This document shows positions 1 to 11,627 of a stretch of DNA of 64,000 nucleotides, one piece after another (within the stretch, counting starts at the first letter, position 1; each line of letters begins with the position of its first letter). The notes below the pieces were generated by a model. The model saw only the letters and a list, made by a program, of their open reading frames with translations. It did no database searches and had not been told where the DNA came from. Origin of the DNA: Octopus sinensis (lineage: Eukaryota); the NCBI RefSeq assembly GCF_006345805.1, contig NC_043004.1:31744001-31808000 (forward strand), in the 5' to 3' direction. The position numbers were made by a program, and so were the translations under genes.

Positions 1-794
1 TCATATATGTGTTTCCTTGGTTCTGCTGCTCCACATACATAAAAAGCATGGATATTTGGTGTATCCACTTTGTTGCCCCAAGAGCATATTGACCTTCTTA
101 AAGTTCACACATATCACCCACTGATGATTGGTGAGGTGTATCTTAAAATCTAGACACAACAGCCAAAAAAATGGATTCTATTTTCGGACTCAGAATATCA
201 AAAAACCTTCAAATCATGTAAAAATATCTGGACAACAAAATACCTGTTGGGTTGGGTTTTAAGAAGTATAGCCAAAATAAGTGTTATGTGTGTCACAAGG
301 TGTTGTTGCAAAAGCAAAAATCAAATCTCTCTTTGTATGTAAACATACATGTTTTTGTATCATACTACATGCTTTCACCACAAAAGGTGAACACAGAATA
401 GACAATATATTTATACACAAAAATGTCTTATGGTGATTCGTACTAACTGTTTTTCTATTTAATAACACACACTTGAACAGCTATAAACTGTTTCCAGTAT
501 TTTGCCATTTATTTTATATTGTTTTGGCTGGACAGTCTGCAGTTTTTCTGTTCCAGTTCTTTTAATACTACAGCTTGTTTGTTGACTTGAGCATTTGTTT
601 AGCATACTTGAATGTTTGGCTTCAGCTCTTTCTAATATGCTAAAACTTGAATAGCTGAAACATATATCAAAAGGTTTATGATTTCATAGGTTGTTTTCAT
701 ACCTCTAGATTGTATGGTCTTCAAATATTTGTTTACAATCTCGTTTACTGCCTCTAATTCTAATTTACTGGGTTCTTTACTTATATTAGTGGTG

Positions 795-797
795 TTG

Positions 798-831
<34 letters not shown>

Positions 832-1022
832 TGTATGTATGTATGTATGTATGTATGCATGCATGCATGCATGTATGTCTGTCTGTCTGTATGTATGTAT
901 GCGTGTGTGTATGTATGCATGTATGCAAGCATGCATATATATATATATACATGTACATATATATATATATATATGTGCATATATGTCTATATGCATGTAT
1001 GTATATGTATAAATATATATAC
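795..1022. repeat. Compound microsatellite (TATG)n/(TA)n/(CATG)n
   Basis: Directly visible. It explains the spurious MYVC/HTYI-repeat ORFs. Confidence 0.95.
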
Positions 1023-1331
1023 ATGTCTGTGTGTTTGTTTTATTGCCTCTTTACCTTGGATTCAGGCAATAGTAGTAAGCAAGTGTCACTGTCATGCAAA
1101 AGTTGTTCTTTATTTCCAGTCTGCCTTGTAAACATGAATGAGTACGGTAAAATATAGCTTGAAAATAGGTAAGGTTTGGTATCAGGAAGGGTATCCAGTC
1201 TTACAAAATGTGTCTGATCCATATGAGCATGGAAAAATGGATGTTTCATATACGTCTATATATATTTTTTTGTTTTTGCATTTGGTTTGCAACATTCTTT
1301 ATGTGAATTCTTGTGTTGAAGCCTATTCTAT

Positions 1332-1615
1332 TGTGTCTGGGGGGAGTCATTCTCTTTTAATGCCTTATTACTTAACACACTCACCAGCTTGATTTCCACT
1401 CATTTACTTATTTATTTTTTCTAAAATTTTCGTTGCGCCTTGCAACTTTTTCAATAGTCATTGACACTCAATAGTTGTTGAGTCAACAAATATTGAAAAG
1501 GTTGCAAGATTCAATGAAAATTTTAGGAAAAATAAATAAGTAAATGAGTGAAAATTGAACCGGTGAGTGCATTAAGTAATAAGGCACTAAAAGAGAATAA
1601 CTCTCCCCAGACACA
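1332..1615. mobile_element. Foldback (inverted-repeat) element with minimal HHR motifs near its axis, Penelope pLTR-like
   Basis: Arm tgtgtctgggggagtcattctctttt...ttgcaactttttcaata is the imperfect reverse complement of tattgaaaaggttgcaa...aaaagagaataactctccccagacaca. A diverged relative lies at ~14440-14600 and extends beyond the left arm. Confidence 0.75.
1421..1457 (-). ncRNA. Minimal type I hammerhead-like motif (U3:A8 core)
   Basis: Minus strand reads CTA-TTGAAAA-A-GTTGC-AAGGC-GCAAC-GAAA-ATTT-TAG. It has a 3-bp stem I, a perfect 5-bp stem II, a palindromic stem III and a UUU cleavage triplet. Confidence 0.5.
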
Positions 1616-1616
1616 G

Positions 1617-1619
<3 letters not shown>

Positions 1620-1675
<56 letters not shown>
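1620..1675. repeat. (TA)n microsatellite abutting the left end of the ribozyme array
   Basis: Directly visible. Confidence 0.95.
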
Positions 1676-1678
<3 letters not shown>

Positions 1679-1830
1679 TTATCGCCATACTAATATGGCA
1701 TTCTTATAAAAATAAGAAAAAAGCTGACCGCTTATTAGCTCCATGAGGCCATCGCCTTAAGTTAGCTATTTGATACACAATCTGTATCCATATAATCTTT
1801 GAACAAGGGAGGTCAGTCGCTCCACACTAC

Positions 1831-1890
1831 TTGGCCGGCAGCTACAGACGCGTTTCGGGGTATTGCCCCTTTTCAATGCAGCGTAGCCAA
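1831..1890 (-). ncRNA. Type I hammerhead ribozyme, monomer 1 (predicted cleavage between 1847 and 1846)
   Basis: Minus strand reads TTGGC-TAC-GCTGCA-TTGAAAA-GGGG-CAATA-CCCC-GAAA-CGCGTC^TGTAGC-TGCCG-GCCAA. Stem I is GCUGCA/UGUAGC, the core is UUGAAAA (U3:A8), stem II is 4 bp, stem III is the palindromic ACGCGU, and the triplet is GUC. Confidence 0.85.
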
Positions 1891-2193
1891 ACCAGTAGAT
1901 GTCGCTTCCGACAATCTCTGTTCAAAGGTTTTATTTACCTAGCTTCGGTGGAATACATCCACTTGTTTTCAATAATAGAAATATTAAAATTACTAAGTCT
2001 CTCTAAAAGAGAACAACGGCAGCGTTCCCGGAAAATATTAGTTATCGCCATACTAATATGGCATTCTTATAAAAATAAGAAAAAAGCTGACCGCTTATTA
2101 GCTCCATGAGGCCATCGCCTTAAGTTAGCTATTTGATACACAATCTGTATCCATATAACCTTTGAACAAGGGAGGTCAGTCGCTCCACACTAC

Positions 2194-2253
2194 TTGGCCG
2201 GCAGCTACAGACGCGTTTCGGGGTATTGCCCCTTTTCAATGCAGCGTAGCCAA
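2194..2253 (-). ncRNA. Type I hammerhead ribozyme, monomer 2 (cleavage 2210/2209)
   Basis: Identical to the motif at 1831-1890. Confidence 0.85.
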
Positions 2254-2555
2254 ACCAGTAGGTGTCGCTTCCGACAATCTCTGTTCAAAGGTTTTATTTA
2301 CCTAGCTTCGGTGGAATACATCCACTTGTTTTCAATAATAGAAATATTAAAATTACTAAGTCTCTCTAAAAGAGAACAACGGCAGCCTTCCGGAAAATAT
2401 TAGTTATCGCCATACTAATATGGCATTCTTATAAAAATAAGAAAAAAGCTGACCGCTTATTAGCTCCATGAGGCCATCGCCTTAAGTTAGCTATTTGATA
2501 CACAATCTGTATCCATATAACCTTTGAACAAGGGAGGTCAGTCGCTCCACACTAC

Positions 2556-2615
2556 TTGGCCGGCAGCTACAGACGCGTTTCGGGGTATTGCCCCTTTTCA
2601 ATGCAGCGTAGCCAA
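2556..2615 (-). ncRNA. Type I hammerhead ribozyme, monomer 3, immediately downstream of the Tx1 insertion (cleavage 2572/2571)
   Basis: Identical motif. It begins 2 nt after the TSD on the minus strand. Confidence 0.85.
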
Positions 2616-2617
2616 AC

Positions 2618-2634
2618 CAGTAGGTGTCGCTTCC
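2618..2634. repeat. 17-bp TSD cagtaggtgtcgcttcc (copy 1 of 3)
   Basis: The identical 17-mer occurs at 2618-2634, 7962-7978 and 13313-13329. Uninterrupted monomers have a single copy. Confidence 0.95.
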
Positions 2635-2853
2635 TAAATCTTTATTATGATTATAAAAATCTTACAGAGATAGTACATTACAATACAAAACATAATTACA
2701 AAAAGTTTACGTTGTTCGTTGATTATTGATTATGATACTAGACTTTACTTTTCTCCTTTTTTTTTAAAATTAAAAATGATTTTGGCCAGCTAGGTATATC
2801 ACAGTCAGGATTCTTACCCGACAGCCTAAGAGCCCAGAGACTATTTTCTCCCT

Positions 2854-5800
2854 TCATGATGACCAAGCAGGGTTACTCACACCCACCTTTTTTATCACAT
2901 CCTTCCATCGATTCACATACTTTTTCTGTGTCAGGTTCCTCTTCTCTAAATCCATCTTGCTCTTTAGATGGTATCTGAAGTATTTTAACATACCATATCC
3001 AGAGATAAAGGTTCCTGACACCAAACCTTCCAATCTAGTTCTCCACACACACTCTTTCAGTACTGCCACCGTACAGTGAAAACAAGCCTCACCTTCCTTT
3101 GAGAGTCCAGCTGGCGGTATCATCTTTATTATAGAACCAGCCGATAGCTGTACTCATCCCAGATGCGACAACACGTGTTCTACGTAACTTATTAAGCCTG
3201 ACAGCTCCTGACAATGTACAAAAGCGTGCTGGACGGTTTCATCGTCCAACCCACATCTTGGACATGTCGGTGGCACTGACATTCCATGCCTATATAACTT
3301 ATCGCGAACAGGTAGAGCATTCCTATAGCACTGCCAAGTCAGGGATTTTTGGTAATTGTCCAAATACCCCGGCTTGAAAGTCTTCTTAAACAGGTCGGAT
3401 AGTTGATCCTCATCGAACCCCAGAGCCCCTCTTAGGACGTCGTCATTTTTTGCCTCTACCATCCTTCTATAAAATGTCGAGGTGGTATTCCCGCAGCGGC
3501 TTTGCCTATCTTGTGGATCAGCCAGAGTGCCTGTCGGCACTCTTTCTGCCATAAAGTCAGGTTCCGTCTTTTAATGAAACCGGGTTTAAATCTCTCCATA
3601 GAGTCCGGTTGCGGGAAGAAATTATCTGCCAGCGGACTCCACACCTTATCACCTTCCAGGTGAAACAGAGATGTCTCAGTCTCAGCGCATGCCTGCGCAT
3701 CATTAACCAAGGCATCCCCAGCCCACCCTTTAGTGGTTCCTGGCAACACACGGAGCGCCTTACAAGTGGCTTTCCTCCCTTCCACAAAAAGCGGAAAAGG
3801 AGTCGATCCAACTTGCTTAGCCACAAATCGGGGCAAGGCACGACGACAGTCAGGCGATAGGTGATTACAGATGCTATAACACCTGTACCACCTCCGCCCT
3901 CCCTTTCAAGGAAAGATGCCTTCCGGACCACTCCCGAACTATGGCTTCTACCTTGGTCACTACCTCGCTCCAATTTTTCTCCGTCTGGGAGTCTGAACCA
4001 AACCAAACTCCAAGCAATTTAACAGGACCATCTGTCCAGTGTCCAACAACACTGGACGATATCGGCTTGTTCCTCCAGGTGCCGAGGCGCAAACCAGTGG
4101 ACTTGTCCTTGTTAACTTTTGCCCCAGCCACCGCTTCGTATCTTCGGAGAGCACCTTCTACACGAGTTAGTTGTGCTTCGTTGGACACGATGAAGGTGAC
4201 GTCATCCGCATACGCAGAAACAGACTTACTGCATCCGATTTCATTAGGATTGCATCTCACCGTCTCCAACTTCCGCAGCAATGGCTCAAGAGCCAAAACG
4301 TACAGGAGAGGGGACAAGGGACATCCTTGACGAACTGAACGCTTAATCGAAAACGGTTCCGTTAAGTAACCGTTTATCTGGACTGTGGACTTGATACCGC
4401 TGTACATAGCTGATATCCACCCGCGAAAGTCAGGACCTAGCCCAGCCGCTTCGAGAACCGTCGCCAGGTACTGATGATCTACCCTATCAAATGCTTTACT
4501 TTGGTCTAAATGGACCAATGCCCCTCCTTTGCCGGCTAATTGCCCAACCCTGTCTATAGTGTAGCGTAGAAGGTGAAGATTATCTTCGATCGACCTGCCT
4601 GGGATTGCACATGTCTGTGCCTTTCCGACAAGTTTTTCCATGACGACCTTCAACCTTTCTGCTAACACCTTGGCCAAAATCTTTAACTCTACATTAAGTA
4701 GAGTTATGGGCCTATAATTACTAATATTATCCCCCTTGCTCGGGTCTTTCTGGATCAGCGTCACAACTCCCCGGCTCACAGAACTGGGAATCCTCCCATT
4801 CTGTTGCCAGTTTGCGTAGACGCTTGCCAGTATGTCCCCGAACAAGTCCGGCATACAACAATAAAACTCATAGGGCAGACCATCCAGTCCCGGCGACTTT
4901 TCCCGGGCGCATTCAGCCAAAACCCTCTTACCTCCGCGGGAGTAATCGGTCCTTCACAGCGTTCCGCTCTGCTTGGCGAGAGCCGAGGCCCACCAGCTAG
5001 GAAGTTCTGTAAGTCCTCCCCTCGCTCCAGTGGATCGCCCTCCCCAAACAACCGAGCGAAATGCTGTTGAAAGACCTTCTGTATCTCCTCCTGTCCATAG
5101 ATTTTGCGTCCCTGTTCGTCAGTTAAAGACTTAATAGAGGACTTTTTGCCCTTCTGACTCTCCACACGACGTGCCCATCCGGCAACATTAATACCTTCTC
5201 GTTTCACTGCACGTAGCTTAGCTCTGACTCTACATCCTTCATGCTTGGCATTGAGGTGACGGTACAAGATCGTTCTCTCTGCTAACACTCTAGATGCACA
5301 GCCAGATCCCATTGCCTCGTCTAAGTTCTTAACTAAATCGCCCTCTATCTAAACTTAGCTGGTTGCTAAATCTAATGGACTCCAAACGGATGGCTCTTTT
5401 GAGGGCGATCCACCATCTATTATTAATGATGGTTCCACATAATGCCCTCTGGACTAATTCCATAATCCGGTTACGGAAAGCTTCACAAGCCAAAATAGAC
5501 TTGTTCATTTTCCAGTATCCGGGTCCCTGTCTATGGCATTTATCTACATGTACCTCACACGTCACTAATTTGTGATCCGTGTAAGGCACAATACAAAATT
5601 GTGGACAGCTAATGCTATTCCTATCTCGTTCTTTAACAAATACCCTATTATATACGATCTGCGTGAGCCGTCATTGTTACTCCACGTCCACTGTGGAATG
5701 CTCGGCTCATCCATTCGAAACCGATCTACTAGATTAAAGCTCGTCAGTAGACCCTTAAGGCAAGGATTCCCCCTTCTATCAGAGCCCCACACTATCTATC

Positions 5801-6241
5801 CGCGCATCGATGATAGTGTTGAAATCCCCTACCAATACTACCGTTTTAGACGTCACTAGAAAGTGCTCCAAGTTCCGATAAAAACCAGTCTGCCTACCCT
5901 CATTAGGAGCATAAACAGCTACCAACCTGAAGGACTGCTTACTTACATGAGTTACATCGAGGACAACCAGCCTACCTTCTGGGTCCATAAAGACAGTACT
6001 TACCTGTAAGTCCAAGTTCTTCCTGATAAGGACTGCCACGCCTGCACTTCCACTTCCTCCTCGGCTAGGAGAAATAAATTTCTCGTAACCATTGAGAAGA
6101 TGCGAGAACGCTTGGGTTCCTCTCATCTTGGACTCGGTGACAATGGCTACATCTATTCTGTGTGTCCTGAGGTCGTCCAGCAAGCAAGCCTGTTTCCATT
6201 TCGACCATTCCACACATTTATATACAGCCCAACTTAATCAT
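2854..6241 (-). pseudogene. Tx1 ORF2 (AP endonuclease + reverse transcriptase + C-terminal Zn motif), split by frameshifts
   Basis: Motifs: VLVGDFN (APE), KSPGLDGLP, NYRPITLLN, DQSKAFDRV, VRQGCPLSP, AYADDV and CPRCGLDDETVQHAFVHC, across ORFs 5779-6213, 5565-5792, 5329-5589, 4776-5312, 3874-4920, 3557-4006, 3456-3836, 3154-3552 and 2854-3123. Confidence 0.88.
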
Positions 6242-6265
6242 CGATGAATGAAGAAAGTTTGTTAC

Positions 6266-7746
6266 TTACGGTTGTGAGAGGGAGCATGGCAGCTTTTGTC
6301 TGCCTGCCTCCCCCACACTCTCCGTTGTTGCTGGGCATTTAACCGGCGTTGCCACCGGGCTCTGGGATGGAGTGGCTGCCGGGCTAATATTCAATTTTCC
6401 AGCTATCACCTCTTGTGTGACATCTTTAATCAGGTTGTCCCTCACGTGTAGTTGGAAGAGTCTCTCCTTCCATTCCTCCTCTCCAACCTTCGCATACCTC
6501 CAATCCGGGTTTTTTTCCGATGATTTGAAACATTTTATGTTTGGTTTCGCCTTTATGTACCAAACTACTCTCTCGTTTTTTGTGTTATAAGCAATGCACC
6601 TATCGGTTTTTTTGAATCCTTTTAAAGTTGGGGGCTGGGGTTTAATGAAATGCTGGCCTACAAAAGTAGTGCCAGCGGGGTGGGATTGGATAATTTTTTT
6701 TTGTTGTTCTTCTGCGTTTGTTTTTCTTTTTGTTTGGGGTGGGGAGTCCGGGGTATTGGATTTCTTCCTTTTTTGTTGGTTACAGTCGTATATTCCATTA
6801 CTTCCAGTTCTTTTCCATTTGATAAAAATTTTCCACCTCGTTTTCGTTTTCGCTTTGTTTTCCATTCATTTTCTTTTCCTCCTTTTGACTTTCATTTTGC
6901 TTTTTCCGGGTATTCTCTTTTGTTGTTGCTGTGATGTCTGCTTTGTTCTCCACAGCGGTTTGAATGGGGGCATTAACGGGTTTTTTCTTTTTGCACTCTG
7001 AGCGGACGTGACCCTTCTGCCCACATTTGAAACATCTGGGCCTACGTCCCTCCACCGATACCCGCGCAGTGTGTCCATCCCCCACGAAGACCCTGTCTGG
7101 CAAACTCTCCAGCGTTGCATTGTCAGCTTGAACGATCATTTCAAGCTGCTGACCTTTCCAAAATTTTGCCTCTTTCATCCTCATGTTTAAAATGTTTAAT
7201 TTCTCTTCTACGTCGAATGACCGCTGTTGCTGCCCACATTACATCGTAACCTGTTGGTATATCCTCTATTGTTATCTTAGCTGTTCTGCGCCCTAAGTAC
7301 GTGGGCAGCAACAGGATGTCTGCACTCTTCAACGTTTGAGTTGAAATTTCCTTCGCTATGCTAGCCGACTCGAAATGCGCTTCAATAGTAGCGCTTCTCA
7401 CTCCTCGGCCAACATAGCGAACCTTGTTCCAAATTGGTGCCATGCACCGTTCTACCAATTCATTTCTTACATCTGCAATCTTTTTTTCCTTAATATTATA
7501 TACCTTATAAATTACCGTCTTCTCACGGATTGCTTGTAAGGTGTCAGGGGGCGGTATTATTCTCGTTTCTTCTCCATTCCTTTGTATGAACTTTCTGAAC
7601 TTGAAGAGATCCTCCATTGTTACTTCCAGTTCTATAACATTGCCTCCAACGGCTTCCGAAAAACTTTGTTTCTCCTTTGTATCCTTTTGCTTTATAACTT
7701 CTCCCATCTCGGGAAAATCAGAATTTGACGTTAAGTCAAGATCCAT
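6266..7746 (-). pseudogene. Tx1 ORF1 (gag-like, CCHC zinc knuckle), frameshifted
   Basis: VSVEGRRPRCFKCGQKGHVRSEC in ORF 6798-7184. N-terminal part in 7141-7770 (first ATG at 7746), C-terminal part in 6266-6865. Confidence 0.85.
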
Positions 7747-7961
7747 AATAAAATGCAAGTGACTTGTCACAAGACAAGATAAAAATTAAATCCACACTGA
7801 ATTAAAGTTCATATATAAAAAGAAATTTTCTACCCCGAAGGGCGAAAATTACTTTGTTTCACAAGTTAATACTCCAAAAATTGTACGTGTAAATCCAGAA
7901 CAGAACGAACTAACATAACAGCTTACAGCGTAAAATAATCCGACGTAATCCAAGGAAAAAT

Positions 7962-7978
7962 CAGTAGGTGTCGCTTCC
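7962..7978. repeat. 17-bp TSD between the two tandem LINE copies (copy 2 of 3)
   Basis: ...caaggaaaaat-cagtaggtgtcgcttcc-taaatcttt... Confidence 0.95.
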
Positions 7979-8215
7979 TAAATCTTTATTATGATTATAA
8001 AAATCTTACAGAGATAGTACATTACAATACAAAACATAATTACAAAAAGTTTACGTTGTTCGTTTGATATTTACATATGTTGATTATTGATTATGATACT
8101 AGACTTTACTTTTCTCCTTTTTTTTTTTAAATTAAAAATGATTTTGGCCAGCTAGGTATATCACAGTCAGGATTCTTACCCGACAGCCTAAGAGCCCAGA
8201 GACTATTTTCTCCCT

Positions 8216-11200
8216 TCATGATGACCAAGCAGGGTTACTCACACCCACCTTTTTTATCACATCCTTCCATCGATTCACATACTTTTTCTGTGTCAGGTTC
8301 CTCTTCTCTAAATCCATCTTGCTCTTTAGATGGTATCTGAAGTATTTTAACATACCATATCCAGAGACAAAGGTTCCTGACACCAAACCTTCCAATCTAG
8401 TTCTCCACACACACTCTTTCAGTACTGCCACCGTACAGTGAAAACAAGCCTCACCTTCCCTTGAGAGTCCAGCTGGCGGTATCATCTTTATTATAGAACC
8501 AGCCGATAGCTGTACTCGTCCCAGATGCGACAACACGTATTCTACGTAACTTATTAAGCCTGACAGTTCCTGACAATGTACAAAAGCGTGCTGGACGGTT
8601 TCATCGTCCAACCCACATCTTGGACATGTCGGTGGCACTGACATTCCATGCCTATATAACTTATCGCGAACAGGTAGAGCATTCCTATAGCACTGCCAAG
8701 TCAGGGATTTTTGGTAATTGTCCAATACCCCGGCTTGAAAGTCTTCTTAAACAGGTCGGATAGTTGATCCTCATCGAACCCCAGAGCCCCTCTTAGGACG
8801 TCGTCATTTTTTGCCTCTACCATCCTTCTATAAAATGTCGAGGTGGTATTCCCGCAGCCGGCTTTGCCTATCTTGTGGATCAGCCAGAGTGCCTGTCGGC
8901 ACTCTTTCTGCCATAAAGTCAGGTTCCGTCTTTTAATGAAACCGGGTTTAAATCTCTCCATAGAGTCCGGTTGCGGGAAGAAATTATCTGCCAGCGGACT
9001 CCACACCTTATCACCTTCCAGGTGAAACCAGAGATGTCTCAGTCTCAGCGCATGCCTGCGCATCATTAACCAAGGCATCCCCAGCCCACCCTTTAGTGGT
9101 TCCTGGCAACACACGGAGCGCCTTACAAGTGGCTTTCCTCCCTTCCACAAAAAGCGGAAAAGGAGTCGATCCAACTTGCTTAGCCACAAATCGGGGCAAG
9201 GCACGACAGTCAGGCGATAGGTGATTACAGATGCTATAAACACCTGTACCACCTCCGCCCTCCTTTCAAGGAAAGATGCCTTCCGGACCACTCCCAACTA
9301 TGGCTTCTACCTTGGTCACTACCTCGCTCCAATTTTTCTCCGTCTGGGAGTCTGAACCAAACCAAACTCCAAGCAATTTAACAGGACCATCTGTCCAGTG
9401 TCCAACAACACTGGACGATATCGGCTTGTTCCTCCAGGTGCCGAGGCGCAAACCAGTGGACTTGTCCTTGTTAACTTTTGCCCCAGCCACCGCTTCGTAT
9501 CTTCGGAGAGCACCTTCTACACGAGTTAGTTGTGCTTCGTTGGACACGATGAAGGTGACGTCATCCGCATACGCAGAAACAGACTTACTGCATCCGATTT
9601 CATTAGGATTGCATCTCACCGTCTCCAACTTCCGCAGCAATGGCTCAAGAGCCAAAACGTACAGGAGAGGGGACAAGGGACATCCTTGACGAACTGAACG
9701 CTTAATCGAAAACGGTTCCGTTAAGTAACCGTTTATCTGGACTGTGGACTTGATACCGCTGTACATAGCTGATATCCACCCGCGAAAGTCAGGACCTAGC
9801 CCAGCCGCTTCGAGAACCGTCGCCAGGTACTGATGATCTACCCTATCAAATGCTTTACTTTGGTCTAAATGGACCAATGCCCCTCCTTTGCCGGCTAATT
9901 GCCCAACCCTGTCTATAGTGTAGCGTAGAAGGTGAAGATTATCTTCGATCGACCTGCCTGGGATTGCACATGTCTGTGCCTTTCCGACAAGTTTTTCCAT
10001 GACGACCTTCAACCTTTCTGCTAACACCTTGGCCAAAATCTTTAACTCTACATTAAGTAGAGTTATGGGCCTATAATTACTAATATTATCCCCCTTGCTC
10101 GGGTCTTTCTGGATCAGCGTCACAACTCCCCGGCTCACAGAACTGGGAATCCTCCCATTCTGTTGCCAGTTTGCGTAGACGCTTGCCAGTATGTCCCCGA
10201 ACAAGTCCGGCATACAACAATAAAACTCATAGGGCAGACCATCCAGTCCCGGCGACTTTTCCCGGGCGCATTCAGCCAAAACCCCTCTTACCTCCGCGGG
10301 AGTAATCGGTCCTTCACAGCGTTCCGCTCTGCTTGGCGAGAGCCGAGGCCCACCAGCTAGGAAGTTCTGTAAGTCCTCCCCTCGCTCCAGTGGATCGCCC
10401 TCCCCAAACAACCGAGCGAAATGCTGTTGAAAGACCTTCTGTATCTCCTCCTGTCCATAGATTTTGCGTCCCTGTTCGTCAGTTAAAGACTTAATAGAGG
10501 ACTTTTTGCCCTTCTGACTCTCCACACGACGTGCCCATCCGGCAACATTAATACCTTCTCGTTTCACTGCACGTAGCTTAGCTCTGACTCTACATCCTTC
10601 ATGCTTGGCATTGAGGTGACGGTACAAGATCGTTCTCTCTGCTAACACTCTAGATGCACAGCCAGATCCCATTGCCTCGTCTAAGTTCTTAACTAAATCG
10701 CCCTCTATTCTAGTCCTATCTAAACTTAGCTGGTTGCTAAATCTAATGGACTCCAAACGGATGGCTCTTTTGAGGGCGATCCACCATCTATTATTAATGA
10801 TGGTTCCACATAATGCCCTCTGGACTAATTCCATAATCCGGTTACGGAAAGCTTCACAAGCCAAAATAGACTTGTTCATTTTCCAGTATCCGGGTCCTGT
10901 CTATGGCATTTATCTACATGTACCTCACCGTCACTAATTTGTGATCCGTGTAAGGCACAATACAAAATTGTGGACAGCTAATGCTATTCCTATCTCGTTC
11001 TTTAACAAATACCTATCTATATACGATCTGCGTGAGCCGTCATTGTTACTTCCACTGTGGAATGCTCGGCTCATCCATTCGAAACCGATCTACTAGATTA
11101 AAGCTCGTCAGTAGACCCTTAAGGCAAGGATTCCCCCTTCTATCAGACGAGCCCACACTATCTATCCGCGCATCGATGATAGTGTTGAAATCCCCTACCA

Positions 11201-11603
11201 ATACTACCGTTTTAGACGTCACTAGAAAGTGCTCCAAGTTCCGATAAAAACCAGTCTGCCTACCCTCATTAGGAGCATAAACAGCTACCAACCTGAAGGA
11301 CTGCTTACTTACGTGAGTTACATCGAGGACAACCAGCCTACCTTCTGGGTCCATAAAGACAGTACTTACCTGTAAGTCCAAGTTCTTCCTGATAAGGACT
11401 GCCACGCCTGCACTTCCTCCTCGGCTAGGAGAAATAAATTTCTCGTAACCATTGAGAAGATGCGAGAACGCTTGGGTTCCTCTCATCTTGGACTCGGTGA
11501 CAATGGCTACATCTATTCTGTGTGTCCTGAGGTCGTCCAGCAAGCAAGCCTGTTTCCATTTCGACCCCATTCCACGCACATTTATACAGCCCAACTTAAT
11601 CAT
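8216..11603 (-). pseudogene. Tx1 ORF2, copy 2 (APE-RT), frameshifted
   Basis: Starts MIKLGCINVRG (11046-11603). Includes a 537-aa RT fragment (9266-10879) and C-terminal fragments 8701-9297 and 8216-8725. Confidence 0.88.
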
Positions 11604-11627
11604 CGATGAATGAAGAAAGTTTGTTAC

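Larger units (their letters stand above)
2635..7961 (-). mobile_element. Full-length Tx1-clade (L1 group) non-LTR retrotransposon, copy 1 (5327 bp)
   Basis: Contains a 5'UTR, ORF1 with a CCHC knuckle, and ORF2 with APE, RT and C-terminal CxxC..H..C domains. The 3'UTR ends AATAAAGATTTA. It is flanked by TSDs. Confidence 0.93.

Noticed and set aside
632-1157. MYVC/HTYI-repeat ORFs, with similar ones at ~29300, ~43200, ~44050, ~45900 and ~63400
   Set aside because: Microsatellite translations.
1831-2403. Repeated 69-92-aa ORF MAGSYRRVSG... (also 13614-13892)
   Set aside because: It is antisense to the ribozyme strand, uses a non-ATG start, varies in length between monomers and has no recognisable domain.
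1672-2634. The 363-bp repeat as an snRNA, 5S or tRNA gene array (the usual Tx1 targets)
   Set aside because: No recognisable U snRNA, 5S or tRNA sequence or Sm site was found, whereas the hammerhead fold fits fully.
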